This document shows, piece by piece, positions 23,374-35,859 of a stretch of DNA of 64,000 bases; the stretch's first letter is position 1, and the number at the start of each line of letters is the position of its first letter. The stretch comes from Octopus vulgaris (Eukaryota). A model generated the notes under the pieces. That model made no database searches and was not told where the DNA came from. It worked only from the letters and a program-made list of their open reading frames with translations. The stretch covers positions 36,580,001 to 36,644,000 of the forward strand of contig OX597825.1 of assembly GCA_951406725.2 (NCBI GenBank). The letters are read 5' to 3'. A program made the position numbers and the translations under genes.

Positions 23374-24556
23374 AGGCAGCGAGCTGGTAGAAACGTTAGC
23401 ACTCCGGGCGAAATGCGTAGCCGTATTTCGTTTGTCTTTACGTTCTGAGTTCAAATTCCGCCGAGGTCTACTTTGCCTTTCATCCTTTCGGGGTCGATTA
23501 AATAAGTACCAGTTACGCACTGGGGTGGATATAATCGACTTCATCCGTTTGTCTGTCCTTGTTTGTCCTCTCTGTATTTAGCCTCTTGTGGATAGTAAAG
23601 AAATAGGTATTTCGTCTGCCGTTACGTTCTGAGTTCAAATTCCGCCGAGGTCGACTTTGCCTTTCATCCTTTCGGGGTCGATAAATTAAGTACCAGTTAC
23701 GCACTGGGGCCAATGTAGTCGACTTAATCCGTTTGTCTGTCCTTGTTTGTCCCTTCTATGTTTAGCCCCTTGTGGGCAATATAGAAATAAGAAACATTAG
23801 CATGTCGGGCGAAATGCTTAGCAGTATTTCGTTTGTCTTTACGTTCTGAGTTCAAATTCCGACGAGGTCGATAAATTAAGTACCAGTTGCGTACTGGGGT
23901 TGATTTATTCGACTGGCCCCTCCTCCAAAATTTCGGGCCTTGTACATTGAGTAGAAAAGAATTAAATTCCGTCGAGGTCGACTTTGCCTTTCATCCTTTT
24001 GGGGTCGAGAAATTAAGTACCAGTTGCGTACTGATGTCGATCTAATCGACTGGCCCCTCCCCCCAAATTTCGGGCCTTGTTCCTAGAGTAGAAAAGAATA
24101 TTGTTTATTTGATAAAAGCGGTGAGCTGGCAGAATCGTTAGCACGCCGGGTAAAATGCTTGGCAGCATTTCGTCCGTTTTTAAGTTCTGAGTTCAAATTC
24201 CCCTGAGTTCGACTTTGCCTTTTATCCTTTCGGGGCCGATAAATTAAGTACCAGTGAAACACTGGAATCGATGTAATCGACTTGTCCCTTTTTCTGAAAT
24301 TTCAGGCCTTGTGCCTTTATTAAAAAGGATGATTTATTTGGTAAAGACGTCGAGCTGGCAATGTTGTTAACACGCCGGGCAAAATGCATAGAAGTATTTC
24401 GTCCGTCTTTACGTTCTGAGTTCAAATTCCGCTGAGGCGCCTTTGCCTTTCATCCTTCGGGGTCGATAAAATAAATAGCAGTCGAGCACTTGGACCGATA
24501 TAATCGACTTATAGCCTCCCCCAAAATTGCTGACCTTGTGCCAAAATTTGAAATCA
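23374..24556 (+). mobile_element. Head-to-tail cluster of about 7 full and partial family-1 SINE units in intron 1 of gene B
   Basis: Repeated TTCTGAGTTCAAATTCC and GTCGATAAATTAAGTACCAG blocks, all same orientation. Confidence 0.9.
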
Positions 24557-24989
24557 ATATTATTTATTTAGTAATGTTTTTACTTGAGTCAGTTAACATC
24601 TCTCACATTATCAAAGCAGAACGTGCTTTGCAATGACTGACTATTTAGCAACAGAGATTATCTATCACACACTGAGCTTGTGTTTTATATATTAGCCTCA
24701 TAGCCTCAAGTTGACCCATTCCTTGCGAGTGAAATTACATATTTGTGAACTATGGAAGACGTAAGATGGATTGTGTTGCTTTTTCGTGTGATAAATGTTA
24801 TCTGTCATTCAGCTTTACGCTACGTTTGGTTTTTGGGTCTTTTTTTAGTGTATTTGCCCTGTTATCTCGGTTAATGATTCTGTCAGCTCGCAATAACAAC
24901 AACAACAACAACAACAACAATAATAATAATATTGATTTGACTCAGTTTAGTACTTATTCTTGATAGAATCTTTGTGGGTAGCGGGTTAC

Positions 24990-27580
24990 TACCTTGGGTA
25001 TCCACAAGTTTTCAATAGTCTTTCAAGTGCTTAAACCCTCCTGATAATATTTCCTGTCCTTAAGGGGCAAACTTTCTGTAGAAGCTCTACAGGACATTCT
25101 AATCCAATCTCTTTCAACCATTTAAAAAAATCTTTACTCATAGTTCCTAATTATTACAGGCACAATGAATTCTTTCATTACGACACTGGAATCAGATGGA
25201 ATCATGATGGATCAATTAGTAAGCAGCTTCGCTTTTCATTGTCTGTTATTGTGATGTGTGGGTCATTATTTTCCATCTTCTTATACGTTTGAATAGGAAA
25301 ATTCCATAAAATTTTAAATTCCTCCGACTCCAGTACTCTTTCAACTCGATGGTCTTGCCATGTACTCCTAGTTTCAAATCTCCATTTCTGACAAAGCTTC
25401 CAATGCAAAACTTTCACAACTTGGTCATGCCTCCATTTCTTATATTCCTCCTGTGCCAATTGGGACATTCTACGACAGTACGTGCTATTGCTCGATTCCA
25501 AATTCCACACTACATTTCGTTGACACCTTCTCCCCATACATATAGTTTTTCAAGTTGTTTGTTTTTTACGCTTGATCTTGAGTTCTGGTTCTTTTTCTTT
25601 TAATTGCCCTTTTTTCAATGAAGTCCAGGTTTTGTTCCACTTAACATTCTCAGCGGTTTTCCAAAACTGACCATGCAAGAGTTTCTCTTCAATATGGTTA
25701 ACATGCTTCCTTTGAAATTCATTCTTGTCCTTTCCTCCTATCCCACACTCGATCACCTGTTCTTTATTCACTGCCTTTAGTAATTTCTCTGCGTTGTTCT
25801 GTAAATATTCTAGTAGGCTTTTTCTTTCCATCTGTACGCACTCTTCCACAGCAATTAAGCTTCTTTCACCCTGATCTTTCTTCTGGTACAACCGGTTCAT
25901 ATCAGCTTTCGGGTGGTAGGCTCCATACAACGTCGACAGCTTTCTTGTTTTACTGTCAAGTTTCTGTGTGCCGCTTTTGATCCAATTTACGATTCCAACT
26001 CCATATCTGATTACCAGCACTGTAAATTGTTTCAATAAGATTTTTTGAGTTTAACTTTGGCTGTAATATTTTCCTCACTCCCCTTGTATACACCTTTCTG
26101 ATAATTTGCTTTATGTCTTCATGTTTTATTTCATTTGCCTCCATTATCCCCAGATACTTATACCACTGTCCTTTCTCAACTATTTTATTTTCTATGTATC
26201 GCACTTTTCAATCCCTAATTCCATACCTACAGCATTTGAGAAAATGTGAACAGTATGTACAAGACTTTCGAGCTGTTTCTCATTTTTCGGATAAACCTTT
26301 ATACCATCCATAAAAAGGAGTTGATTTATCTGAGCATATCCCTTTCCCAAATCATAAGCTATTTCAATTGAATGGTATCATGGCCAACACAAATAGTAAT
26401 GGAGATAATCTATCACCTTGAATTATACCACGTCTGATGTTCACTTTTCCGAGTCTTTAAAGTTTCATACTTTCATTAACCAACTTCTTCGTATTTTCTG
26501 CCTCTCTAAATGTGCACATTGTTTTACTTATTTAACTGTGTGGTACTATGTCATATACTTTTTTGTAGTTCAACCATGCTTCATTCAGTCCAATCAATTT
26601 GCGTCTACAATTTCTAATTATCATTTTATCAACTAATAAGTGGTCTTATGTTGTACTACTTTGCGTCCTGCATCCTTTCTTTTCTTCTGGAAGTAGATTG
26701 TTACTTTCCAGATGATTATATAACTTTTCTGCCAAGACACCGGTCATAAGCTTCCACATAAATGGTAAACGGGCTATAGGTTGAAAATATGATACCAATT
26801 TATCCTTCAAGGGATCTTTGAGACATAACGATGTTCGTCTACTTGTTTTCTAGGTAGGGACGTGACCCTGCTGCAGGCATTCGCCCAGTTTTACAGCAAT
26901 CCTTTCTTGCAGTTGTGTAAAGTTCTTCATCCAATAGCTTTGTACTCCATTCAGGCCAGGTCCTTTTCAATTTGCTATCTTTTAAAAACTTTCTGTCTCA
27001 TTGAATATAGATAAATTCTGACGTCCTTTTGTCTTGGAACAATTGCAAGGTGTTTCTCCACCTCTGTTAGCTACTCTGCAATTTCTTTATGTCTCACTGG
27101 ACTATTCCAAAAGTTCTCTCCAAAATACTTTACTTCCTTCCGCATCAGAAATCATTTTCTCATGTTGTCCCCATCTATTACCACAAAAAGATGCCTATTT
27201 GATTGAAACGATCTATTCTATTCAAATCTGCATCTCGCATAATATATTTTCAATTTGGCCGTTAACGTTGTCTCCTTTTGTGACAATTCTTCATGTACTG
27301 TTTGCTTTCCCTCTCTTTTCGAACCTGTGCTGTCCATTCAATTTTTTAAAATAAATACCTCATTCTTGGACTCCCCTCTCGTTATCCTATTCATTTGCCC
27401 CAGTTCTTTCCGTGTTCTTTCCACATTCATTAGTATTCGCTTTCTCCTCTTCGGTTCTTTCTTTTCATTTCCTTTCATTTCTTCAACAGTTGCTTGCTTG
27501 TATCCTATTGTGTCAGCTACAACATTAACAGCGGCTATGATTAGATGGTTTGTTTCACCATGCTTTCTGTTTTAACCAAG
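24990..27580 (-). mobile_element. R4/Dong-like RLE non-LTR retrotransposon, degenerate
   Basis: YKYLGI, HPKADMNRLY, RHDQVVKVLHWKLC, KILWNFPIQT; flanked by (AAC/AAT)n and (TTA)n. Confidence 0.85.
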
Positions 27581-27625
27581 CAAAAAGCATTTGATGCTGC
27601 TGCTACTGCTGATTATTATTATTAC

Positions 27626-27664
<39 letters not shown>

Positions 27665-27739
27665 CATTATTATTATTATTATTATTACTTGATGAAAACT
27701 CGCAGCTTATTTTGCAGGGTATGATGGAAAGTGTCAGCT

Positions 27740-28050
27740 ATCCACAGCCAGCAGACTAAGGTGACACTTGCTTCAAGAACCCCCGCGAAGAATTCTTGCA
27801 GTCTCAAGCAATACTGATTTTTGCAGGTGTTCTATCTTCACACTTGCACCAATATTTTTGAGCCATGTTGGTAGTTGAGTGCTGATACTTCTAAGTGTAC
27901 CAATTACTATTGGTATCAAGTCTACTTTCCTCATTGACCACAACCTTCGTATTTCCACTTCAAATTGCCATAGTTGTTTGCTTTTTCTTCTTTCATTTTG
28001 AACTTTTTGCCACCGGAAAATGCCATGTCGATTAGTTTTCTTTCTTTTTC
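27740..28050 (-). mobile_element. R4/Dong-like 3' end
   Basis: EIRRLW...IPIVIGTL...HLQKSVLLETARILR; (TAA)n tail. Confidence 0.8.
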
Positions 28051-28052
28051 AT

Positions 28053-28500
28053 TCACCACAAAGAGAGGTAGAAGGGCTTCCGATAAGTTAGCCAAGTAAA
28101 GTGATAGAGCTGCGAGGCATTCTCCCTTACTGCGCGGAGGGTTACATCCCGACTGATGGAATTGAAGGTATTCCTGAGGTCTAGTTTAAGGTTGACCTTT
28201 GGGTGCTCAGAAGGCAAGTTGGTGAAAGCTCTAATGGCATGAGCAGCAGCTTCACAACCTAGCTTTGTATCCATCCCTTGCTGGATAGGGGAAATTCGGC
28301 GGACAGGCAGTTAGAAACCGAGGACACATGCACTCTTGTTGTGAGCCGTCACAGAGTACGACCAACTGCTATAGGGCGAAGGTCATCATTGGGCTTGGCG
28401 AGATCAAATAGTTTAGCCTTAAAGAACCAGGGAAGTTCTTTAAGTAGGGAAGAATATTGTCGGACGAGAACAAGTTTATGAACTGCGTTAGGTTCTCTAA
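28053..28500 (-). mobile_element. CRE-clade non-LTR RT fragment
   Basis: GCEAAAHAIRAF...LKLDLRNTFNSISR; RPIAVG upstream on the same strand. Confidence 0.75.
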
Positions 28501-29435
28501 AAGCTCAAGACCAGCATCACTCTGTCTTCCTCGCCTTCAAAATAAGACAAAAGTAACGAAATACATATAAAAAAATACGCATAAAGCAAAAATCGATTTG
28601 TAAGTTTTGCTTTTACGTAAATGGTAAGGACGAGAAAAAGGGGAAGAGAACTCTTAGTTAAAATGTTATACATAAATTCTAACGGAACTATCCTATCAGT
28701 TTGTTTACCCTTCTACCAATAACGGGATGCTGACAACTTACAAATATATTTTCCTTCGTGTGTTTTAAGGACTGAAAGTTCAGTGGAATCAGAAAATCTT
28801 TTGAGAATGAGTACTTTTAAGGTGTTCGTCTTAAGGTGTTTGTAGTAAAATGCGCAGTGAGTTTTGTCGAGGTAGAATGACTTCATACCTATGTTCATTT
28901 AAATATTTTGTTTGATTTTTCTGTTGTCCAATCCACATAAACCAAATCGCGCTTGAGGTATTCAGCTACGTACACGGAATGAGATTTGTTACAGTTCTCA
29001 CCTATTTAAATCATAACATTTCTTTTAAATTGTGATGGAGTTGACCAAAACAGAGCTTACTTCTGCTGCGCAATAAAAAACGCTTACTTTGAAGATAAAG
29101 ACATTTCATCTCTGCAGACAAAAAAAAAAAAAAGCTGTGTCCTTTCTTTTTTAAGTTGGCAGGGTGTGAATGGGAGACAATTTGGCTGCTATTTCTAGGA
29201 TATCGAGTGTTTACACAGAGGCTCGCTCATTGATTCGATTTACACTCAAGTAAACGAAAGCTGTATGAAAAAAAGAAAAAAAGGAACGAGAGTGAAAGAG
29301 AGCAAGTATTATCATTAATGTATTATTAACATTTGTATTAATATCTATTTCTACTAATTGTATTTAACCATTAGTTTTAGATAATACTTCAGTTTCCTCG
29401 GTAATGTTTGTTAATACATTCTTTATTTTCTTTAG

Positions 29436-29680
29436 AAAACTAATTTGAAAGAACATTTAAAACAAGAAAAAGAGGATGTCAAAGCAACGATATCTGCAAT
29501 GAACTTCACCGGTCCAGCAGTTATTGACTGGGAAAATTGGCGCCCTTTATTTCAAAGGAACTTTGGTAATAAGAGAATTTACCAATCTGCTTCTAGAAAA
29601 TTGGTAAAGAGACAACATCCAACGTGGAATAGAAGTCAAATAAACCGAGAAGCCAAAATTGAATTTGAGAGAGCTGCCAG
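29436..29680 (+). CDS. Hyaluronidase gene B, exon 2
   Basis: tttAG acceptor; KTNLKEHL...NFTGPAVIDWENWRPLFQRNFG...FERAA; donor GTAGTA; 245 bp. Confidence 0.95.
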
Positions 29681-30600
29681 GTAGTATAAATTCATATTTT
29701 CAATCTGTTTTCTCTCAGATACATAAACTTACCAGCTTTTAAAGCTAGAGATTTATTCAAAATTAATGAACTATACCGAGGTAATAGGTCAAGAAAGTAA
29801 TAACGAATTACATCATCATATATAAAAAGATGACTAACAACGTTGGAGTCAGTTTTGATCCTATGTTCAGAAGGTGGGTCTGTTCATTGTATGGCCGCTT
29901 CTGATGAGTGACCAAACCAAATGATTACGGTATCATTACGAGTTCGGTTCGCCAAAGGTACCTGTCTCACCACTTTTCTGCTTGTTAGCTCTTAAGCCTT
30001 TGGTGCAGAAGTTTGATCACAGTTGAATATAGTGAGATATGGAGAGATTGCATAGCTCTCTGAGAAATCGATTAGAGTGGTATTCGATTTTTGAATGCGG
30101 ATAAAACACTTGAAGAAAGCGGGATAAACTTAGTGCTGTGTTTAGCGAAGTATTATGCTTAAGTAAGTATTGCTTAAACAGTATAATCTTATATGAAGAC
30201 GTGAAGCCGAGTCATTGGATGTTGCGCTCACGATCTCCAGATTATGGTTTCGATTCCTGGACCAAGCGGTGCTTTGTGTTCTTGAGCAAAATACTTCATT
30301 TCACATTGCTCTACAATTACGTTGACCTATAACACGTAGCACATCATGCAGGTAATGTCGATTTGATGGATGGACTAAGCCAATGTAGATCACAAACATT
30401 TGATCACTATAAACAAAACCATCAGTGTAGGTTCTTATAATAATAATAGTGATGATGATGATGATGATGATGATGATAACTTGACAGAAAAACCAAAGAA
30501 GTTGTTGACGACCATCCGAAAGCTTATGTCATCAGCCCAGCATCCTAAAGCTGATATCAACTGGCTGTACTTGAGGAGAGACCAGGATGGAAAAGGCTTA

Positions 30601-31351
30601 AAAAAAAAAACGCTGGAAATGGTTGATTTTACAATAATGCCCAACTATACAAGCATAATATCCACATTTTAGTAAAATATTTGTCGTTTTGAAGTCTAAT
30701 AACCCCCAGAGGCACATCCTTTGCTATTTTTCTGAGATAGCAAAATCTCTGGGGGTTATTAGACTTCAAAACGACAAATATTTTACTAAAATGTGGATAT
30801 TATGCTTGTATAGTTGGGCATTATTGTAAAATCAAACATTTCCAGCGTTTTTTTTTCTTGCGTTTTTCTCAAAATGACATTTCTGATTATAAGTAGCAAT
30901 CTTCAGGTCACGATATCTCCGAGAATAATTGATGTAATAGGCTGAAATTTAGCATGTGTATTACTTTGCTATTTGCCTAGATGATGTTGTAGTGTGATTA
31001 GATGCACTTTATTTGTTCATATTTTAGAGACACTTGAATGCTACTACCCAGGAGTCAAAATCGCTTGAACTGCTGCATATGGCTATGAGCGACCCCACAA
31101 CGAATGTCCCCACAACTAATATGGCATACATCAAGAAAATGTTAATTCTATCAAAAAACATAATATTCAAATTTCCATATTGTCTATTTATGACCTAATT
31201 ATAAATTCAAAATGACCGACAAGGCAAATACACCCTTACTTTAGGCAAATCTTTATACCAAACTATCAAAGATAATATGCTCTAACATAGGATGCTAACA
31301 TATTGGGGTACAGACTAGACGCTGAATCAAAGACATTGATAAAGTTGGCCT
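30601..31351. repeat. Palindrome plus duplicated block (copy 1)
   Basis: 30601-30711 inverted vs 30747-30856; 30747-31104 = 34107-34465; 31118-31351 inverted vs 34470-34724. Confidence 0.9.
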
Positions 31352-34059
31352 CCTCTGTCGTTTACAACAGGAGAATCAACTACGTTCAAGTAAACTGGAT
31401 GTTTATGTAAGTTAAGTAAGTTAGAGTGTATACTCCATAGATGATGTGTATCTCAAAAGATTGACAATCAAAAAGAACTTTTGGTCAAACGACCGTACTT
31501 TTATCGCTTGGAAGTTCTAGAAATCTGGACCGAGCTATCAAGGATTTTCACTGGATTTTCACGATAGAGAAAAGGCTGGGATATATTGACCGTACTTCTC
31601 CTAGCCTCACGATATGTTCCTGTTAATCTGTCTTCCTTTAACTACCTGGTATTCTTCCAATTTGATACAAATCATATTTATTTCCGATACATCAGACACC
31701 AAACTAGCGACGTCTTCCATCCATGTAGATATTATATTCATGTAGTCCAGTTCGAATGGAATGACCTCTAACACAAATAACTTTGGTAACAAGGACCCAA
31801 GAACTAATACATCAGGGGAAGCAGGTCTAAGAACGTGATACTAAACAGTTTCTATACGTGTTGGTTTAGTCTGACCACCAAAGCATAAGCTGATGCAAAA
31901 TGATGTGATCCAACTCTAAAACACATGATCGAAACCTAGGATCAGGACAGCCACCAGATAATAATATTCAGTCTTCATCAGACATTGATACTGAAGTTAG
32001 GTCAGTGAATATAATAAAAACTATTATGTATTAAGTGAGCTGGTTACAGTTGGCGCTCAGTCTCGGAGTGATGATAAAACATTTAAAGTAAGAAGGAGAC
32101 ACTCAGGATTATGCTGTAAGTGGGACGATAATAGGTAAGTAGGTCAATAGGTAAGTGGGACATCTGGACGAGTGACTACCACAGAGTATACATCAAACGA
32201 ATGCACTTTTGATACTAACTGTATCAGCAAAATTGAAATAAAGATCTCATACTCACCTGCAGTTAACTAGTTCATATGATAAGTGGAGGGCGTCAAATCT
32301 AGTCTGAATAGAAAAGTGTGATAAAAAGAGTTGAAAGTAATAGTATTTCAACCGCCTGTCTTATATAATGTACCATACTTATTACATAACTTGTATTCTG
32401 TACTGAGAGACGATTTCTTTGTCATCAACGAGTTGGCAGTTTCCTAAAATCCTTCTACCAGATTGGCTATAAAAAGATGCTCTCACCACACAGAAGATAG
32501 AATATGTGAATGAAATATTAGAAAATGACACTGTTAGATGAGCGAATGTATGTCAAAAGTATTGATAGAATTATACAGGAGAGACTTGGTTGCGTAACAT
32601 AAATGGTTGGTTGTTGTTAGTTTGTCCTAAATTAGCAATGGTGGGAAAAACCTATGATCAAAATCGTCCCAGCAATGGTCACCCCGTCTTTTCTTTTCCA
32701 GACATCTAGAACTGCATATCCAAATGCAATTTTTCTTTAGTAAAATGTAGGGTGCAATTTGAGGGAAATTTGGCAATTATTTTTTGCAGATCGATCAGAC
32801 AAGAAATAGCGAATGATAAACTGGTGTTATATAATAGATGATACTTTATGTTAGAAGTATACCCAGGTAAAATATGTAGAGAATAGTGTTAACAAATTAG
32901 AAATCCGGATTTCAGGTGGGATTTCAGAGTAATCATCAAAATGATATTGTTTGTTATTCAACTCAAGAAATCTCAAGAAAACTGATATTGCAATGATAAG
33001 GATCAATAAAAAATAAGAATTGAGGTGACTGCATATGCTTTCGTCAGGCATATAATAGCATCAACCATTTGAAGGCTATCTGCCAACAGCAACGAAGGCT
33101 CTTGGTCAATATCACAGCCTCAGAAATAACTACGCTAACAAAAGCAGCAAGAACAATAGAAACAATATTAGCACCTAGAAAAGTAGTAGCGGCAGCAGCA
33201 CCTGCAATAACAACTACGACAGCAGCGTAACATTAGCAACATCGACTGCAATAGTAGAAAAGGCAGTGCAGAGCAACTTCGCAAAATGATAACAGCAAAG
33301 AACAGCAACACGACCCATGAAATGGCAATTTCACTACCTCAATATTACTGGCTGTAAGACTGTCGCTAATCGGCAATTCTCTCCTAGAGAGAGACACACT
33401 CACGCTCACTCTTACACATTTACATCTTCTCAAAACATGACTGAAGAATTCAGGAAGCTCATTGTGACGGCAAAACGAAACTGTTACGAATGACCTTTGT
33501 GGGAGAAAAAACTAAAAACAACTCGAAAAGATCGCTCTAAGTTAAACGCTAAAAGGCAAGAAAAAGAAAATTTGTCTTTAAGCCACCCCAATACCATCGA
33601 CATAAACGCTAGCTCACAATAACAACATAATCAATATCCATGAAAAAACCCACCACTACAAACGAAAGCATAAGCGCAAGATCAACAACAATAACAATAT
33701 CAAAGGCTAAACATACAGCCAAATAGACAAGCCAGATCCTTCCTCATTGATTTTGTTATTGTTCAAAAAAGCACCAACAATTTGAAGCAGGAAGCCATTG
33801 AAAAGAATTTTCTTAAATAAAGATAAAAAAAAACATTCATACAAAAGGTGAAACTTGCATGAATTTCTGTCAATAACTCTTCAGGACAGATTATCTATTC
33901 GAAATGACTCAAAATCATATATCGACTAATAAAAAGTATTCCTCAGACATTGGGCTTTTTAGGACAAAAAAAAAAGGAAGAAAGAAGAGAGAAAGACTCT
34001 TAGAAATGTCTTTTATTATTTCTTCCTTTAACTGTCTTCCTTTAAGGAAAGAGTAATAC

Positions 34060-34724
34060 CTCAGATTTCAGATAGCAAAATCTCAGAAAGATAGCAAAGA
34101 ATGTGCCTCTGGGGGTTATTAGACTTCAAAACGACAAATATTTTACTAAAATGTGGATATTATGCTTGTATAGTTGGGCATTATTGTAAAATCAAACATT
34201 TCCAGCGTTTTTTTTTTCTTGCGTTTTTCTCAAAATGACATTTCTGATTATAAGTAGCAATCTTCAGGTCACGATATCTCCGAGAATAATTGATGTAATA
34301 GGCTGAAATTTAGCATGTGTATTACTTTGCTATTTGCCTAGATGATGTTGTAGTGTGATTAGATGCACTTTATTTGTTCATATTTTAGAGACACTTGAAT
34401 GCTACTACCCAGGAGTCAAAATCGCTTGAACTGCTGCATATGGCTATGAGCGACCCCACAACGAAATCTAGGCCAACTTCATCAATGTCTTTGATTCAGC
34501 GTCTAGTCTGTACCCCAATATGTTAGCATCCTATGTTAGAGCATATTATCTTTGATAGTTTGGTAGAAAGATTTGCCTAAAGTAAGGGTTTATTTGCCTT
34601 GTCGGTCATTATATATAATATATAATATTATGAATATATAATTAGGTCATAAATAGACAATATGGAAATTTGAATATTATGTTTTTTTTATAGAACTAAC
34701 ATTGTTCTTGATGTATGCCATATT
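34060..34724. repeat. Duplicated block (copy 2; direct then inverted)
   Basis: Near-identical to the 30601-31351 segments. Confidence 0.9.
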
Positions 34725-35438
34725 TGGCTTGCTTGGGTCTTATTTCCGCTGAGTGAGAGTATCTCCAATTTAGGAGTGCTTTCCTACGTCTTAGGTGTTA
34801 GTCTTGCCTTAAGGATCACCAGTCTTTCTCTAAGGTCAAGGTGAGTGACCTTTCCTCCATTTTTCTTTCCCGACAGACATGGCTACTCTTAGAATGGGTT
34901 ATATAAATATATATGGCTTGGGGTCGGATTGGAGACAGAGTCTTTTACTGACTTCAGAATCATTAGATATCTATGAAACAAGGCTTTCTGGAGCACTTGC
35001 ACGCACTCGTGTCCAGTTTCGATGAGTACGAGGAGTACTTATCTCATAGAATGTCATTATAGGGTGGAGGCGTTATTCCAGAAATCAAAGTTTTCTTACA
35101 TACGTTTGTTGTCAATGTTGCTGTTGTTGTTGTTTCCTCTGTTTCCACACTTTCTATATGGCCTGCACCTCCTCAATCATCTTTATCAACCTTTGTGGTT
35201 AATAAAGAAATTATTATTATTATCTTTATTCAGTATCCCATATCTAGTTAGCAACTTCCATGTCTTTCTGCCTAACGTGTTTAGTTCGTCTATTGCCCAT
35301 GCGATTACCCCTGCTCCATATTTAAGGAGTGAAACCGCCCAAGTGTTGATAGCTTCAGTTGAAATATCGTTGAACCAATAAAATATCTATTACAATCGAA
35401 TCGCGCTCTCTGTCTTGACTATAATAATAATAATAATC

Positions 35439-35490
<52 letters not shown>

Positions 35491-35532
35491 CCTCCTCCTC
35501 ATGAGCTGATTAATGATACATCTAGTGATGTA

Positions 35533-35590
<58 letters not shown>

Positions 35591-35859
35591 GGCGATGAGC
35601 TGGCAGAATTGTTAGCACGTTGGTTGAAATGCTTAGCGGTATTTCGTCTGCAGCGATGTTCTGAGTTCAAATTCCTCCAAGGGGAAGTTGCCTTTCATCC
35701 TTTCGGGGTCGAAAATTGGGTTCCAATGAAACACTAAGGTGACATGATCGACTAGTCCTCTCCCACAAATTTCAGGCCTTGTGCCCTATAGTAGAAAGGG
35801 TTATCATTATCATCATTATTATCATAATTGCCTTTGCACAGCTTCTAACGTTGGAAATG

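Noticed and set aside
23374-24556. Regularly repeated units resembling a CRISPR array
   Set aside because: Eukaryotic SINE copies with no unique spacers and no cas genes
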